A stretch of DNA of 64,000 nt from Octopus bimaculoides (taxonomy: Eukaryota): assembly GCF_001194135.2 (NCBI RefSeq), contig NC_068990.1:84164912-84228911 (forward strand), written 5' to 3'. The stretch's first letter is position 1, and each line of letters begins with the position of its first letter. This document shows positions 13,236 to 26,990 of the stretch, piece after piece. The notes below the pieces were generated by a model that saw only the letters and a list, made by a program, of their open reading frames with translations, had not been told where the DNA came from and made no database searches. The translations under genes were made by a program, and so were the position numbers.

Positions 13236-15149
13236 CTCTATCAGTGTCAAGTTTTCACAAAACTATCACAAGAAGACCACGGATACAAAAAGTGAAATGA
13301 ACAAGTTTAAACATAAATCCAATCTCTGCTACAGACTAAACTCAGCAGCAGTTCTGCCACCACTCGGTTCTCACACATGGAACATAATACACACATGAAC
13401 ATTATCTTCCCTAATTGAACACTATTGAGAAAATTATTAAGTTTGTATTGTACTTTGTAGCAATATGTTAATGTAACAAGACCCACAAATTACTTGAATG
13501 GCACCAATATATAGTATGAGTAACAAATTAACTTTCAATTTATTAAGTAATGGTATTATTTAAACATGTCCTCAACATTGATCATTAAGATCAATTATAA
13601 TAAAGCTTTGAAACATTAGATTTCAATTTGCGTACCTAAAGCCATGCTTACACTGCTTTCACATGCTTCAAAATAACATACAATTTTCTTTATTCCCATT
13701 TAACTTAAGTGGAAATGCTTTATTCATATATTAACCTTTTTACCTGTCCTGTCTGTTTATCACTTGGGATACACAGGGCAGGACATATTTCCCAGGTGTC
13801 CATACATCATATATAATATACTTTCCCAATTTTTTTTTTCAACCTACCAAGTAACTTGGGACTTATGAAAGGAAAGTGTAATATTAACTCAGAACATATG
13901 AAACAAGGACTAACTAAATGTCTGGAAACAAGCATAGACATATAAGGCAAACTCCATTAAAAAACTTTTAGAAATAAAAAAAAAAGATGAATTAAATTGT
14001 CTTACACAGAAACAAGAAAGTGTCAGTAAATAAAATTTGAAATCATGACCCATCAACTCAGTCATTTCACATCCAGGAATTTAGATAAAATTATAAAATA
14101 GAATAAGGCAAGATGTGACTTGAAAAATACAGCTATTGAAAATACTACTGTTATCAATAGTCAACTACATCAGGGACTGTGTAGCTACTACTTCGACAGA
14201 TAACGATAACAAATTCTTTGTAGCATAATATAAAAATTATTTGCAGAGGCGCAACAGATACCATTTTGTTTCAGAGAATATCAATAACTGCCTGCTTACA
14301 GACTGAACATTTTACATAAAGTAGATATCAATTCAGTTTTATTACTCCATATGGCATGATGTGAAATGAAATCTTCAATCTGAAATAGTCAAATTAACTA
14401 AACAAGCAGTTTCAGATAATAAAACAATAAAAAGAGTAAAGCAGTTTTTTTTTTTTTTAAATTCCATATTAGCTTCAGTTGGAGCTATGTAAGTAAATAT
14501 GTTGGTGATTCCATTGTATAAAATGTATCTTAAGGTAAGTTAAGCTATGTGAAGTTACACATCTTGCCAGCTATATTACTGAAAGGAGTTGAATGCAGTA
14601 CTGCAAGGTCAGCTAGGTGGAATCCCATCTCTTGCCAGCTGTATTATTGAGCAGAGTTGAATGCAGTACTACAACCTTTGAAAACATTTGGCAAATGTAC
14701 AGTTGTTCTACCACAGCAGTGAGTTGAACCTATTTGCCGTTAATTGAAAATTAACAGTCACAGTTCAGTGGCACAAAGAGATTCATAACAATAGAATGCT
14801 TTACCCTTCACTATGCACTTGCATCCACCATACATTTAAATAGGTGAAAAATATCTAAAATGTGATGCCGATTGATGACAGTGTATGTTACTGTTGTTTG
14901 ATCAGACCTCTTGTAATTGAATGTTTGAGAACCACTCATGTTCAATGCAGAATGCCAGATGCCAGGCTCCAGTTTGGTCAAAGACAATGCTTATCATTGT
15001 CAGGCAGTTAGTTTATTTGTTATGTGTCCCCCTCCGTGTTTGATTCAACACTGTTCACTGATCCATTCTCAGCATGCAGGTTGTTTACAACAACTATTAG
15101 TACAACAGGCTCAGTTGATACAAGGTATCAGATTTATTGTGATTATTAT

Positions 15150-15560
15150 TCTAAATGATTGGGAAATTGATGAAGCAGCTATATTATTAGTGTGGATGTG
15201 TGTTTTGTGCTTGCTTCAAGTATCACAAAGAGTAGACTTAGTAGTATAGTAATATAGTACTGTTCTGGAATGTTGTAAATATTGTTTCAAATCAGTTAGT
15301 ATCCACAAAGGAAAACATTTGCTTTTTTTCCTTGTTGGGAATCAATACATATGGTGTTGGCCATCATAACAAGCTGAACTGTTTTAAATAGCTTGCAGTT
15401 CATTAGGGTTTGTCAACAACACACACACACACACAGTTTGTAAAATAGTGTCAGGTTTCCATCACCTTTTTTTTCCAATCAGTACTTATTCAATGTTAGA
15501 TCAACTTCTTCACTGATTATTATCCTGAGTGAGTTGCATGAAAGACATTTTCCAATAGTA
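15150..15560 (-). mobile_element. Possible MULE (Mutator-like) transposase fossil
   Basis: Minus-strand translation with stops gives DGNLTLFYKL...PTPYVLIPNK...FETIFTTFQNS, in the order of the MULE DDE-core motifs DGTFK..P.LFYQL / PLVYALLPNK / DFE. Heavily degraded. Confidence 0.4.
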
Positions 15561-16489
15561 TTTGATGTGATGAATAGACATCAAAACTTTTTTAAGTGCA
15601 GGATGTGAAAACTAGTACATGGTAAAGAATGAAGCTTTATAGTCCAATTTGCGAGCACTGTCATAGCTATGACCAACTTTTGTAGAACCAAAATTCATGT
15701 ATGGTTGGTGCTGAAGACATTTATGAGTAGTGTGATGTGAAAAGATGTGGCTGCTATGTTATCAATATTACACATACAGATTGTTTTTATAGCTACTTAA
15801 ATTTATAAAATGTAATAAGTTAACCTAAAACAATACTGATTTCTCTTAACTAAACACAAAGCTAACATTTCAGCAATTTCATATTAATTTCTTGTACTAG
15901 GACGCTATTACAACAATATATGTATAAAGTCAAGTGAAATTGTACCCAGTACAAACCAAACATTTTTTCTTATTAACTTTTATGGAATTTCAACTCGTAA
16001 TACAAAGACAAAACAGAATCCTAACAGTCAAGTTTCCCACTGCTTCTCTCAACTCATTGACAATATCTGATAGAAATTTTGAGAATGGATTGATCCAGTC
16101 ATTTTTTCCTTACAATTACTACATTACAATTACTATCATCTCACATTTTTCCAACTCACTAAAATTTTCATTTATTACTAAAATCTACTACAAAGTTTTA
16201 ATCATGTTATTGAGTGTATATTTTACATAAAATCATAAAAATGATATATATTTTTTCAAGTGAATCAAAATCAACCTGTTCGCTGGTTAGACATTCATTG
16301 TAACAAGCATTTAATCTAGCTATAAATAGTACTTGTACAGATTGGCTATGAGTAACGACCTCCCAAACTAGTATTAAGAGAACTTAGTTGACAACTACTG
16401 TCAAACAGAAAAGTTTAGCCATGACCGAGAAAAGACTAAATATAAGGTTATAACAAACTCTTTACATGCCAAACTGCTTCCAGCCTTAC

Positions 16490-16620
16490 CATTGTCACAC
16501 TGTATTAACATGACCGAACCTACACACTGTCACGCTGTATTAACAACCTACCTGATATTACCCACCGTCACACTATATTAACATCATAACTGAAACTGTC
16601 CATTGTGACACTGTGTTAAC
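16490..16620. repeat. Degenerate tandem repeat, ~4 x cattgtcacactgtattaac
   Basis: Unit visible four times with variable spacers. Confidence 0.75.
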
Positions 16621-18361
16621 CAGTTGGGGGCTGCCCACCCTCACATGTTACTTGTCCTGCTATTAAAAACATGGTCCGTAACTATTTAAACACATAATAC
16701 ACCAGGCTTATTTGGTTCTTAATTTATGTATCACAAGGTGGAATATATCACTACATTATTATGAAAATTGATTGAAACATAGGCAAAGTTTCATTGTCTA
16801 AAGATACGGAGAGCAAAGATGGCAAATTAATGGAATATCAGGCCAATCAGCCAAAAATATTAACAAGCATTTCATTATCTTCTAGTGGTAAGTTCAACTC
16901 TTCAAGAGAGAATACCATGGACATGGATGGACACCAACAGGAAAATTTCACTGAACACATACTAAATGAAGATGAAATCTGCTGTAGTTCACCTGTAGTA
17001 CAATACAAAACATCACTGATTATTTGATTAGGGTAAATCAAAACATAATTTTTAACAATTACAACTGTTGCAAATAACTAAACAAAACATTTACAAGCAA
17101 AAAATAGTTTGTATTTGTATTATTTATACCGATTTTTTTCTCTTTCATAATTTAGTCATAAAGGAAGCAGTATTCATGACCTTTCCAAAGAATCCAAGAC
17201 TAATGGGAGGGAGGGAGACAGGTATCCTTAAACTAAAGTCTTGGTCCAAATACTTGCATCAGAGTGAACTCCACTAAGGATACCCACTGACCAGATGATG
17301 GTTTTCAACTGGGTGACAGATTAAGTCTACCATCCAAGTAATCCATGACAAGATTTGAACACAAAACGCAAAAAAGCCAGAACAGATATAGCAAAGTATC
17401 CAATTCAACACTCTAGGAATTTCTTCCAACACTAACTCTTGTGCCAATTCACAAATATCTCTTAAGCAGTTATTTACTCGTAAAAGAGTTAAAAACAATT
17501 TTAATTTTCTTTTCCTTGAGATTTACTGTCTTTCTATCTTTAAAATTTACTACATTAATTTGTAAGTGAGTCTTCGGTTTTTAATTAGAAATCATTTCAA
17601 AAGAAAATTTTCTAACAATTACCCACTGGCCTTTCCAACTTCACAGAACTATGTATGTATGCACATGTATGAGAGAGAGAGAGCATATGTGTGAGAAAGA
17701 CTATGTATATCTATGTTATAAATGGTGTATTTAATGTGCACATACACACAGCTTCATTCACAAACTTCATTTTTTTTAATGTTAAATTATCTCAGATTTA
17801 TAGTTTTTTTTAATGCTCAATACATTAAATATACTTTTATTCACTTAACTAATATTTATTATACAGATGATAGGCATCTCAGAATTGTTTAATTTTTAGA
17901 CTGAGAAAGTATTAAGTTTTTAGTTCAACAATTTCATTTAAGTTTTAAATATTCTTTTTAGATTAAGAAGCTTGCTCTGCAACCACATGGTTAGCTGAGT
18001 GGTTCAGCAAAGAAGGCAAACAAAATAAGTAGAAGACTTAAAAATAAGACTGCAGTTAATTTGTTCACTTAAAACCTTCAAGGCAGTGCCCCAGCATGGC
18101 TACAGTCCAATGACTGAAACAAGTAGAAAAAAAAAATGAGAAGTGAATTTCAACCAAAACACACAGACAGACAGAGCGCATGTGTTTAGCTACACAGTGC
18201 AACAGCTAATTCCTTGTGAACAAATCAGAGATTGATTTCAAGACCTCCATGATATAATTTCATGCCTCTTCTCTTCACCTTTAGGATTTATCAGATACAG
18301 TAGAAAAGAAACCACCCTATGATACATACTTTGTCACATGGATTAAGATATCATTATCAAT

Positions 18362-19345
18362 CATCATTTAGCATCCATTTTCCATGCTGCCGTGTGTTGG
18401 GCAAAGCATGTTGGTCATAGTTAGAACACTAGCCGAAGTTCCCTCAACTGTTAGGGAGTGGCACTTTTTCACGCAGCTATCCCCATCCATTCTCACCACA
18501 TGTCCATACCAGCGCAATCGTCTCTCTTGCACACCACAACTGATGCTTCTAATGTTCAGCTTTTCTCTCAAGATACTTACACTCTGACGGGTATTCACAT
18601 TGACATTACACATCCAACGGAGCATACTGGCTTCATTCCTTGCGAGCTTACGTATGTCCTCAGCAGTTACAGCCCATGTTTCACTGCCATGTAGCATGGC
18701 TGTTCATACACATGCGTCATACAGTCTGCCTTTTACTCTGAGTGAGAGGCCCTTTGTCNNNNNNNNNNNNNNNNNNNNNNNNNNNNNNNNNNNNNNNNNN
18801 NNNNNNNNNNNNNNNNNNNNNNNNNNNNNNNNNNNNNNNNNNNNNNNNNNNNNNNNNNNNNNNNNNNNNNNNNNNNNNNNNNNNNNNNNNNNNNNNNNNN
18901 NNNNNNNNNNNNNNNNNNNNNNNNNNNNNNNNNNNNNNNNNNNNNNNNNNNNNNNNNNNNNNNNNNNNNNNNNNNNNNNNNNNNNNNNNNNNNNNNNNNN
19001 NNNNNNNNNNNNNNNNNNNNNNNNNNNNNNNNNNNNNNNNNNNNNNNNNNNNNNNCTGAACATCTGCCACAAACAAAAACTAACTTCCTAGTTAACCTGC
19101 CTTTGATGTTGCTGCACCTCTTATGTGTCCGTAGCTTGCACTGGGTACATCTTATAGAGTTACTACCTACTCCTTTTCTACATACTGAGCAGGGCCATCT
19201 ACCTGAAGGGGTTTGTGTTTTATCTACCTTCCTACTTATTAGGATTTTGGTTTTAGCTAGGTTGACTCTAAGGCCCTTCAATTCTAGACCTTGCTTCCAC
19301 ACCTGAAACTTCTCCTCTAGTTCTGATAGTGACTCCGCAATTAGG
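18362..19345 (-). mobile_element. RTE-clade LINE ORF2 fragment (end of RT, Cys/His finger, C-terminus), spanning an N gap
   Basis: ORFs read WKQGLELKGLRVNLAKTK, CSVCRKGVGSNSIRCTQCKLRTHKRCS, KGRLYDACV, MLHGSETWA and ERRLRWYGHV, all typical of RTE ORF2. Confidence 0.92.
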
Positions 19346-19379
19346 GCAAGGTCATATATATATATATATATATATACAC

Positions 19380-20110
19380 ACCTTCTATACCAGCCTCACC
19401 TTAGCATATATCTAGAACAGAATTTGAAGATATTTTACAAATATCAAACTCAACCTCCACAAGACAAGATATTTAAAATCCCTACATACTAATCAAATTG
19501 CTTAGAAAGCAATGAACACCCAGAGAGAAACATAAGCATACAACCTTAAACTCAAACAACTTTCTATATTAACAAAACTATGACACACCTGACTAATAAC
19601 CCCAACCTTAAAACGAAAATAAGAAATAGTCTAAATAACAAGTAAAGAAATGACAAACTTACTGCCCACCTACATTATTTTATGAAAAAAAAAGTTAATA
19701 CATCCAATTACTAAGGATTTAAATACTAGACTTTACACCTTTGGCCTTTACATTGTCAAAGCAGAAAGATGAAGTCCAATAATATCAAAAGTAATAAAAA
19801 TACTGTCGCACCTTGTGCCTACCTAATGAAAAAAAACACCTACAGGCTTATTTACAAAGTTCTACATGCATAAATAAATTCTAAAAAAAATAACATAACT
19901 CCACAGTTAATCAACTAAAATTTTATCCAAAACATCTTTCCATAACAACCAACCATAAAAACCTAATTATCACCTCACTCAAATCCACACACCCAAAGAT
20001 GATTTTAACTCAACAGAGACAAGACTAACTCTAATGCATTGCAGTCAGACAACAGCTCAGCAGGCCGAAACTTCAAAGACTAAGAATATTCTACAAAAGT
20101 ATAGAGTAAT
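19380..20110 (+). mobile_element. Possible Penelope-like element remnant
   Basis: A/C-rich decayed coding-like tract containing TFGLYIVK and ending in a gctcagcaggccgaaac tail reminiscent of PLE termini. No intact motifs. Confidence 0.3.
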
Positions 20111-20915
20111 CCATCAGATTAATGTAAAATTGTTTTTATTATAAATGAACATGAAAAAAAAAAATTTATATATATATGACTGCTTTTTATCTCTCCCAAA
20201 AACCTTGAAACAAACATTATTTGCAGGCCTTCATTTCAATGCCATCAATCAGTGTTTCAATATTACATCATAACCCAGCATATTACAAATATTACAAAAT
20301 TAGTGTTTCAATAATACATCATAACCCAGCATATTAACCACACAAATTTTACTACATGTCTTTCTCTTTAATAACCACTGACTACAACCTATGGACTTTT
20401 CCTCCTATGTAGACAATAACAGGAAGCATGCTTACAGATAATTGATATTTTCTTTTTTTTTTTAGTTTCAGTAATGCCAGCTTGTAACACTGAAACTGTT
20501 ACAAATCTCCAAAACATTTCACAAGTTTTTCAATTAATTTTGGTAATTGCATTTTGAAATGTAATGAAAAAATAAATAAGTAACCTACAGCTGTGAAATA
20601 AAATGAAGATTGTCCAGAACTCCACAACATTGGAAAGTATTGCAAGTGAATTTCAGATAACTATTGTAATATTACACTGAAATTCTTAGGATAAGTGAAA
20701 GAAAATACAATACTAGTGAAAAGCCAGAATAACATTTCAATACAGAGTTGTCAGGCTGATTAGAATGAGTTAATTTATTTCACTTAAATACCTGTCTTTT
20801 GTTTTGGAGATTTTCAAATCAATCCTAATACCAACTTTATTGAGACCGGTGGTGGGGTGGGATTAAATTGGTACCAACAGCAGTTCAACAGATTAATCAG
20901 TGTAGATTACTTTAA

Positions 20916-21125
20916 TCCTTTAGCATTCAGATTATTCTGTCAAATCTATGTGAATGCTTATTTATTCACATTGTTTCGAACAAGTCATCTTGCAGCTTTG
21001 AGATTTTCATGATGTGGATTGCTTATTTTAAAAAAGACATTGTAGGATGGGTGTGAGAGGTTGCATCTGGCTGGTTTAAACATAAAACAAGTAGAATATC
21101 TATGGTTGGTTTGGATGTTAGAGGG
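20916..21125 (-). mobile_element. piggyBac-type TTAA MITE
   Basis: TTAA at 20912-20915 and 21126-21129; termini tcctttagcatt ... agaggg; reverse complement of 28532-28748. Confidence 0.8.
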
Positions 21126-21559
21126 TTAAGCACATGAGTCTAACTCAAAATAGCCCCCTACTTCTAAATAACCAAAAACAGTCTTTGAGAGCACATCATA
21201 ATGTTTGTTCTGTATAATTATCATTCTTTTTCCACTAAGAATATGCACTTCTCTGTAATTCTTTCTATATGTATATCACACCATCACTTACCATAAGGTA
21301 CTAACCAAATATTAACTGTACTAACTTCACCCAATAATCACTTTCCCACCAAAGCTAAAACACTGCCCATTCTCCTCAGATATATGGAAATATATAAACA
21401 AATGTACATCTATATTTGTATGCTAACATGAAAAAGGACATTAATTATTTAAACATTCACTCAACCAGCTTAATGAATGCTTTCCATACTGTTTAGTGCA
21501 AAAACAAAACAGAAAAAAAAAATCACCACCCCCACACTTAAGCCAGAATTACATGGGTC

Positions 21560-22096
21560 TGCAATAGGCACATTACCATGAGTATTCATCATCTCTTCTG
21601 TGAAGCCTAATGTCCTGAGATCTATTACATCTATCCCCATTTATTCAGAGGGTTTGGTTTAAATAAATAACAGTAATAACACACTTTGTAAATGGAGTGA
21701 ATGGTAGATTCATTGACACCATGCTCATAGCCCACATCAACAAAGCTTCCACAGCCATGTATCTTCTTGATCATCTCTACCTTTTCTTGTAGAGAGTACA
21801 CTGGTCTACCTTCGTATTATTTCTGTTGACTGGTCTCATGTTGATGGGTATGAGTACATAATTCTGTATAAAAAATATGCAGCCTAACAACACACTCATA
21901 TAATAGTCAGTGCATTCTGGGTAGCTGAACACTGTGAATGGTTAGTAGAGTGCATTTTCGCTGTACAAACAGAATCTTTGACTGATCACCCATATTATCA
22001 TAGCTCAATCTGTGATTTGCATAATATGGTTCACAATTAAGCACACTGTTACCCCAGATCAATGACAAATGAACCAGTAATAAATGAGGCGACATG
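21560..22096 (-). mobile_element. Tigger/pogo transposon fossil (5' end and N-terminal HTH)
   Basis: Minus strand ~21680-21807 reads RPVYSLQEKVEMIKKIHGCGSFVDVGYEHGVNESTIHSIYKV, the CENP-B-type N-terminal HTH of Tigger transposases. A TA-flanked TIR-like end lies near 22096. Confidence 0.7.
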
Positions 22097-24240
22097 TACC
22101 ACTTTCCACTTGGCACTTATGCTACTAAGAACATTAACATTTTTTTTTTTTGTTATTCTCCTCTAAATTTCAGGCCTGGTGGTTTTATTCATTTGACTGC
22201 AGCTATACTGGGATACCAACTTCAAGACTTTTAGCCAATTTTATCCACCTATTAAGAAGAATAAGGAAAAGTTGACCTGGGCATAAAGGGATGTAACTGA
22301 AGTGGAACAAAATGCCATTCATTTATGCACAAATTCTTCCATCTCACAGAAAAACATATATAATATACATATGATGTTAGGAAGAGCATCCAGCTGTAAA
22401 AACCCTGCCAAAACAGACAGAAGTTTGATGCAGGGTCCTGTCTGGTCAGCCCCTGTCAAACCATCCAACCCATGCCAGCATGGAAGGCAGACGTTAAATG
22501 CTGATGATGATATAATGATGATATACTGTGCTTTCACCCAGGTTCCGTTGACTAAATTTCGCTTATAAGGCTTTGCTTGACCTGAGGTTATGTTAGAAGA
22601 CACTTATGAAAGGGCTACACAATGTGATTGAATTCAAAGCAACATGTTGTGAAGCAATCTTCTTAACTATATAGCCACACTTGTATTTTCAAAGAAATTT
22701 TTTTTTTCTTTTCTGTAAATACAGTCATGAGATATAAAATCAGATGCATTCAATTTCTCTCAAATATTTTTTCTTATCAGGCAACATAGAATATCCCACT
22801 AACATGTTTTTCTTGGGTACCATTTCCAGTTTCCTCCCACCTGCCAACCTAACCAGTTTGAAGCTTGAGCGAAGGAGGAAACTTCCATGTGTGTAGTTGC
22901 TGAGTCTACTGGAAATGAATACCAAAATCTCTTAGGAGTTACTTTTTACTGTCTGAGAAATGGCTGAATATACAGTATAAATGCTTCATGGATGTAATAT
23001 GCCAGAACATCAATGAAGATTAGACACAGAAAAACATATTTGATCTGTGGATTGCAATTAGCGATTTAAGCAATTACATATGTACCTGAAATTTATTTGA
23101 TTAGTGTTTACTTGAAGCTACACAACAGTAACGACTATTTGAAAGACAGGTGTAAATTTTGGCTTGAAGACTTCTCAGTTGTCAGAGGCAAATAGATTTA
23201 ATCTGAAAATTATAAGTAGTTAATAATCTTAATATTTAATAAGAGTATCTGCTTCAACAGTAATTTTAGCACTTTCCAACTCTCCTCCATCCCAACAAAG
23301 TTTAAATCCCATCCTTAATATGATATCAATGTAACTCATTAACAATTAACAAACGACAACAACAACAACAACAACAAAAAGAAAAGAATAAGTTCATTCT
23401 AAATTTGATATTAATCACTTGTTTTGAATAATACATAGTTTGAACCAATTTCACAAATAATTCTCTTTATTTTATCTAAACCTTTTTAACAAAAAAATAT
23501 ACATAAATAAACACAACACTAACAACAATAACGAATGTAAAGATCACTTTTACTTCTAATACATTATTGATTAATCAAACATCAAGAGAACTGTTTGAAA
23601 AGATCTAACATTGCCCAATGTAATCATAGACTACAGTTACCAAATGTTTTGGCACACTTCTCCCATAAGATTAAATGTCATTCAAAGAATTCATAAAACT
23701 ACAAAACTATTAGCATTGTTAAATCTAGTATTACATGCAGTTTCTTCCTGCAGAATTTACTTGGCTTCCTATAGTAAGAATGGAGGACAAACAACACAGC
23801 ATTATTATTATTTTATAACATTCAAACAATAGTATTTCATTCATTTTTATGTGTTTTTGTTTGTTTTTGCTTACTTTTCTTTTTGTCATTTATTGTTATG
23901 CTCATCAACTGTCATTAACTGCATTATCCTCCAATCACTTTACACTATTTCAATAGAACCTATTATAATCAGGCAATGGTTTGCTGCATAAAACAAGTCT
24001 CTCACCATTCTATTTAACTCTTCATTTTAAAGAGATGAATAAATATTGATACGAATTTACATAGCAGACACTGACAGAATAGTATAAAGGACATATGATC
24101 AGGACTTACACAGCAGAGGACTGCCAACCTTTTTCAATGCTGCAATTAACATTTTAACATTTTCTAAATGTGGCATAATGCAGACAACTACAAAAATAAT
24201 TTAGCAATGTAATTATGACATTTTGCATACAATCACATGC

Positions 24241-24276
<36 letters not shown>

Positions 24277-24930
24277 NNNNNNNNNNNNNNNNNNNNNNNN
24301 NNNNNNNNNNNNNNNNNNNNNNNNNNNNNNNNNNNNNNNNNNNNNNNNNNNNNNNNNNNNNNNNNNNNNNNNNNNNNNNNNNNNNNNNNNNNNNNNNNNN
24401 NNNNNNNNNNNNNNNNNNNNNNNNNNNNNNNNNNNNNNNNNNNNNNNNNNNNNNNNNNNNNNNNNNNNNNNNNNNNNNNNNNNNNNNNNNNNNNNNNNNN
24501 NNNNNNNNNNNNNNNNNNNNNNNNNNNNNNNNNNNNNNNNNNNNNNNNNNNNNNNNNNNNNNNNNNNNNNNNNNNNNNNNNNNNNNNNNNNNNNNNNNNN
24601 NNNNNNNNNNNNNNNNNNNNNNNNNNNNNNNNNNNNNNNNNNNNNNNNNNNNNNNNNNNNNNNNNNNNNNNNNNNNNNNNNNNNNNNNNNNNNNNNNNNN
24701 NNNNNNNNNNNNNNNNNNNNNNNNNNNNNNNNNNNNNNNNNNNNNNNNNNNNNNNNNNNNNNNNNNNNNNNNNNNNNNNNNNNNNNNNNNNNNNNNNNNN
24801 NNNNNNNNNNNNNNNNNNNNNNNNNNNNNNNNNNNNNNNNNNNNNNNNNNNNNNNNNNNNNNNNNNNNNNNNNNNNNNNNNNNNNNNNNNNNNNNNNNNN
24901 NNNNNNNNNNNNNNNNNNNNNNNNNNNNNN
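24277..24930. other. Largest assembly gap (others at ~8432, 18759-19056, 30761-30911, 32722-33057, 36625-36756, 38920)
   Basis: Runs of N. Confidence 0.98.
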
Positions 24931-25189
24931 TATATATATATCATAATGATACCTGGCACCTTGCTATACTCAAGATGACAAAGGACCAAGATGCCTGGCA
25001 TCTTGCAATACTGAAGAAAACTCATACTCGGTAGGAGAAGTGTTAAGACCAGTCTTTCTGGTGGTGTAAAGTACTTACGGCAGCGCCACATAAAAGCACC
25101 CAGAACACTCTGCAAAGTGGTTGGTGTTAGGAAGAGCATAGTGATAGTATTTAACCACAAAGCCATTTGATTTTTCAAAGTACGTGATC

Positions 25190-26340
25190 ATAATTTGTAG
25201 TTATTGATTGCAATGCAAACTGTCTAGATAGCCATTTGACTTTATTAAGTCATCTGAAAGTAACAGCATCATTCTAAGAGACCTCTGCAATTTCAGTCTT
25301 GTAACTATAGCTTGAGAAAACAATATAAATTGTGCTACCAAAGTTTTCATGTCTCTTACAATTTGATGTTTCCATGTCTCACAAATCCTCAGACCCTCCA
25401 AGTGTGTTATACAGTGTTGCTGAAATAAGTATGAAATAGGTGTCAATCCTGCTGCAACACCATTAACACAGTCCAACATTACTGGTGTTTCATTAGACAC
25501 AAACATCATATGAAGTAGAAGTCTTTTCTTTTCATAAAACTACTTGATCAATGAAATACATAGAAAGCATTATCAAACATCTGCAACTGAACAACTCTGC
25601 CACAAAACATTTTATACACAAAACAAGGTTTAGATCTGAATTTGAAGTACAGAAGGTGACATTTGTTGGCAGATATGTTCATGGTTTCATCAGTTATTAA
25701 CATGTGAAAATCTATTGATGCATTAGTCTCTCTCTCTCTCTCTCTCATTTTATTTATTTATTTATTTTGAAACATTCTTTTCTGAACAGTAAAGTCTCCA
25801 AAAATTCAAATGTGTAACTTTCACTTCACAAGCTATCTGAGAGTTGAACACAGTTTGCCATATGTTCATTAATGTATTGAATTGAAAATAGAGCTGTTTT
25901 AACGCTATCAAAACACAGTCGATAAGAACTTTGATCACCTCTAGGTTTGTTTTTGTTTTCACTCATCTGCACACTAATAAAACACATGGTACTCTCATAC
26001 CAGGTAACGATGAGATCTGTTGCTCATAATTTTGTACAGCATCCAAATGCAATTTACTTGCCAAATAACTCTTCAAAAAGTCTAGTTTCCAAATATCAAC
26101 CCACTTCTTTACATTTGCAAATTCTCCACCGACTTTTACATCATGACAATACAAACAAATAACTCCAGTTTCCCAATCACACATAAACATTTCTCAAAGA
26201 CAAACATTCATGATCTCATGAGTTTTCAAAGGAGCAGTTTCAACTATTCTGTTTAAACCATTCAACTTTAAACGAATTTTAATTCTACTGCATTTCAAGC
26301 CCTTCATTTCTTTTGAAGTTGACAGAGAGAGTTCAATATT
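25190..26340 (-). mobile_element. hAT transposase fossil (ZNF862/C17orf113-like), frameshifted
   Basis: Successive minus-strand segments in hAT order: LKVEWFK; CLYCHDVKVGGEF..WKLDFLKSYLASKLH (TTF-type finger); VIKVLIDCVLIALK; LITDETMNIS (first catalytic Asp); FVSNETPVMLDCVNGVAA...QHCITH (second Asp region and CxxH). Covers ORF-track entries 25201-25509, 25548-25748, 25762-25962 and 25963-26190. Confidence 0.85.
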
Positions 26341-26814
26341 ATTTCAATAAAAATCCAGTGAGCTATCTACAGAATTTGAAAGAGAACTTCATAAATTTTA
26401 CATGAACACTGTCTACCAAACAGGGCAACAGCTATGTTGCTGCTATACAAACCAAGATGGAAGATGTGAGGTGAAGTAAATTAATACACAATGTGGTATT
26501 TTAAAACTGACGACCAAGTTAACAGAAGCAATTAGCCATAATTATTTTCACTAAGTATAATTATTAATTACATTATTTTTAGGCAACTAACCTTTTGTGT
26601 ACACAATTTTTGTGCACTGCATGTGCACACATGTAGAGCTAAGACACAACAGTGTTGGCCATCCTGCTTGTAACCTCAACTCAGTTCCTATCCACCTGGA
26701 GGACTAGCTCAAACCAGACCCTAAGTACATGAACAGAACTGTTACTTCGAGACACTGACTCACATGAAATAATGTTTCCCACAAATGTACAAGAGCTGCA
26801 ATGTTTGAAGAGAG

Positions 26815-26990
26815 GAAGCTAGTTGATTGCATCAATCTCAGTACTTGACTGGTTATTTATTTAATCAGCCCTAAAAAGATGAAAAGCAAAGCTAATATCA
26901 GAGGGTTTTGAACTCAGGATGTAAAGTTCCATAATTGATACTGCAAAGCATTTTGTTGGATGATCTAACAATACTGCCAATCTACCACCC
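26815..26990 (-). mobile_element. SINE family B, diverged copy
   Basis: cagtacttgactggtt...gatgaaaagcaaagct...ttgaactcagg matches 60108-60341. Confidence 0.65.

Noticed and set aside
17274-17498. Minus-strand 74-aa ORF (DICELAQELVLEEIPRVLNW...)
   Set aside because: No recognisable family, weak acceptor, and it overlaps competing + strand candidates.
24213-25178. Large ORFs of 240-320 aa, plus similar ones at 18.6-19.1, 30.7, 32.7 and 36.6 kb
   Set aside because: They stay open only because they read through N gaps.
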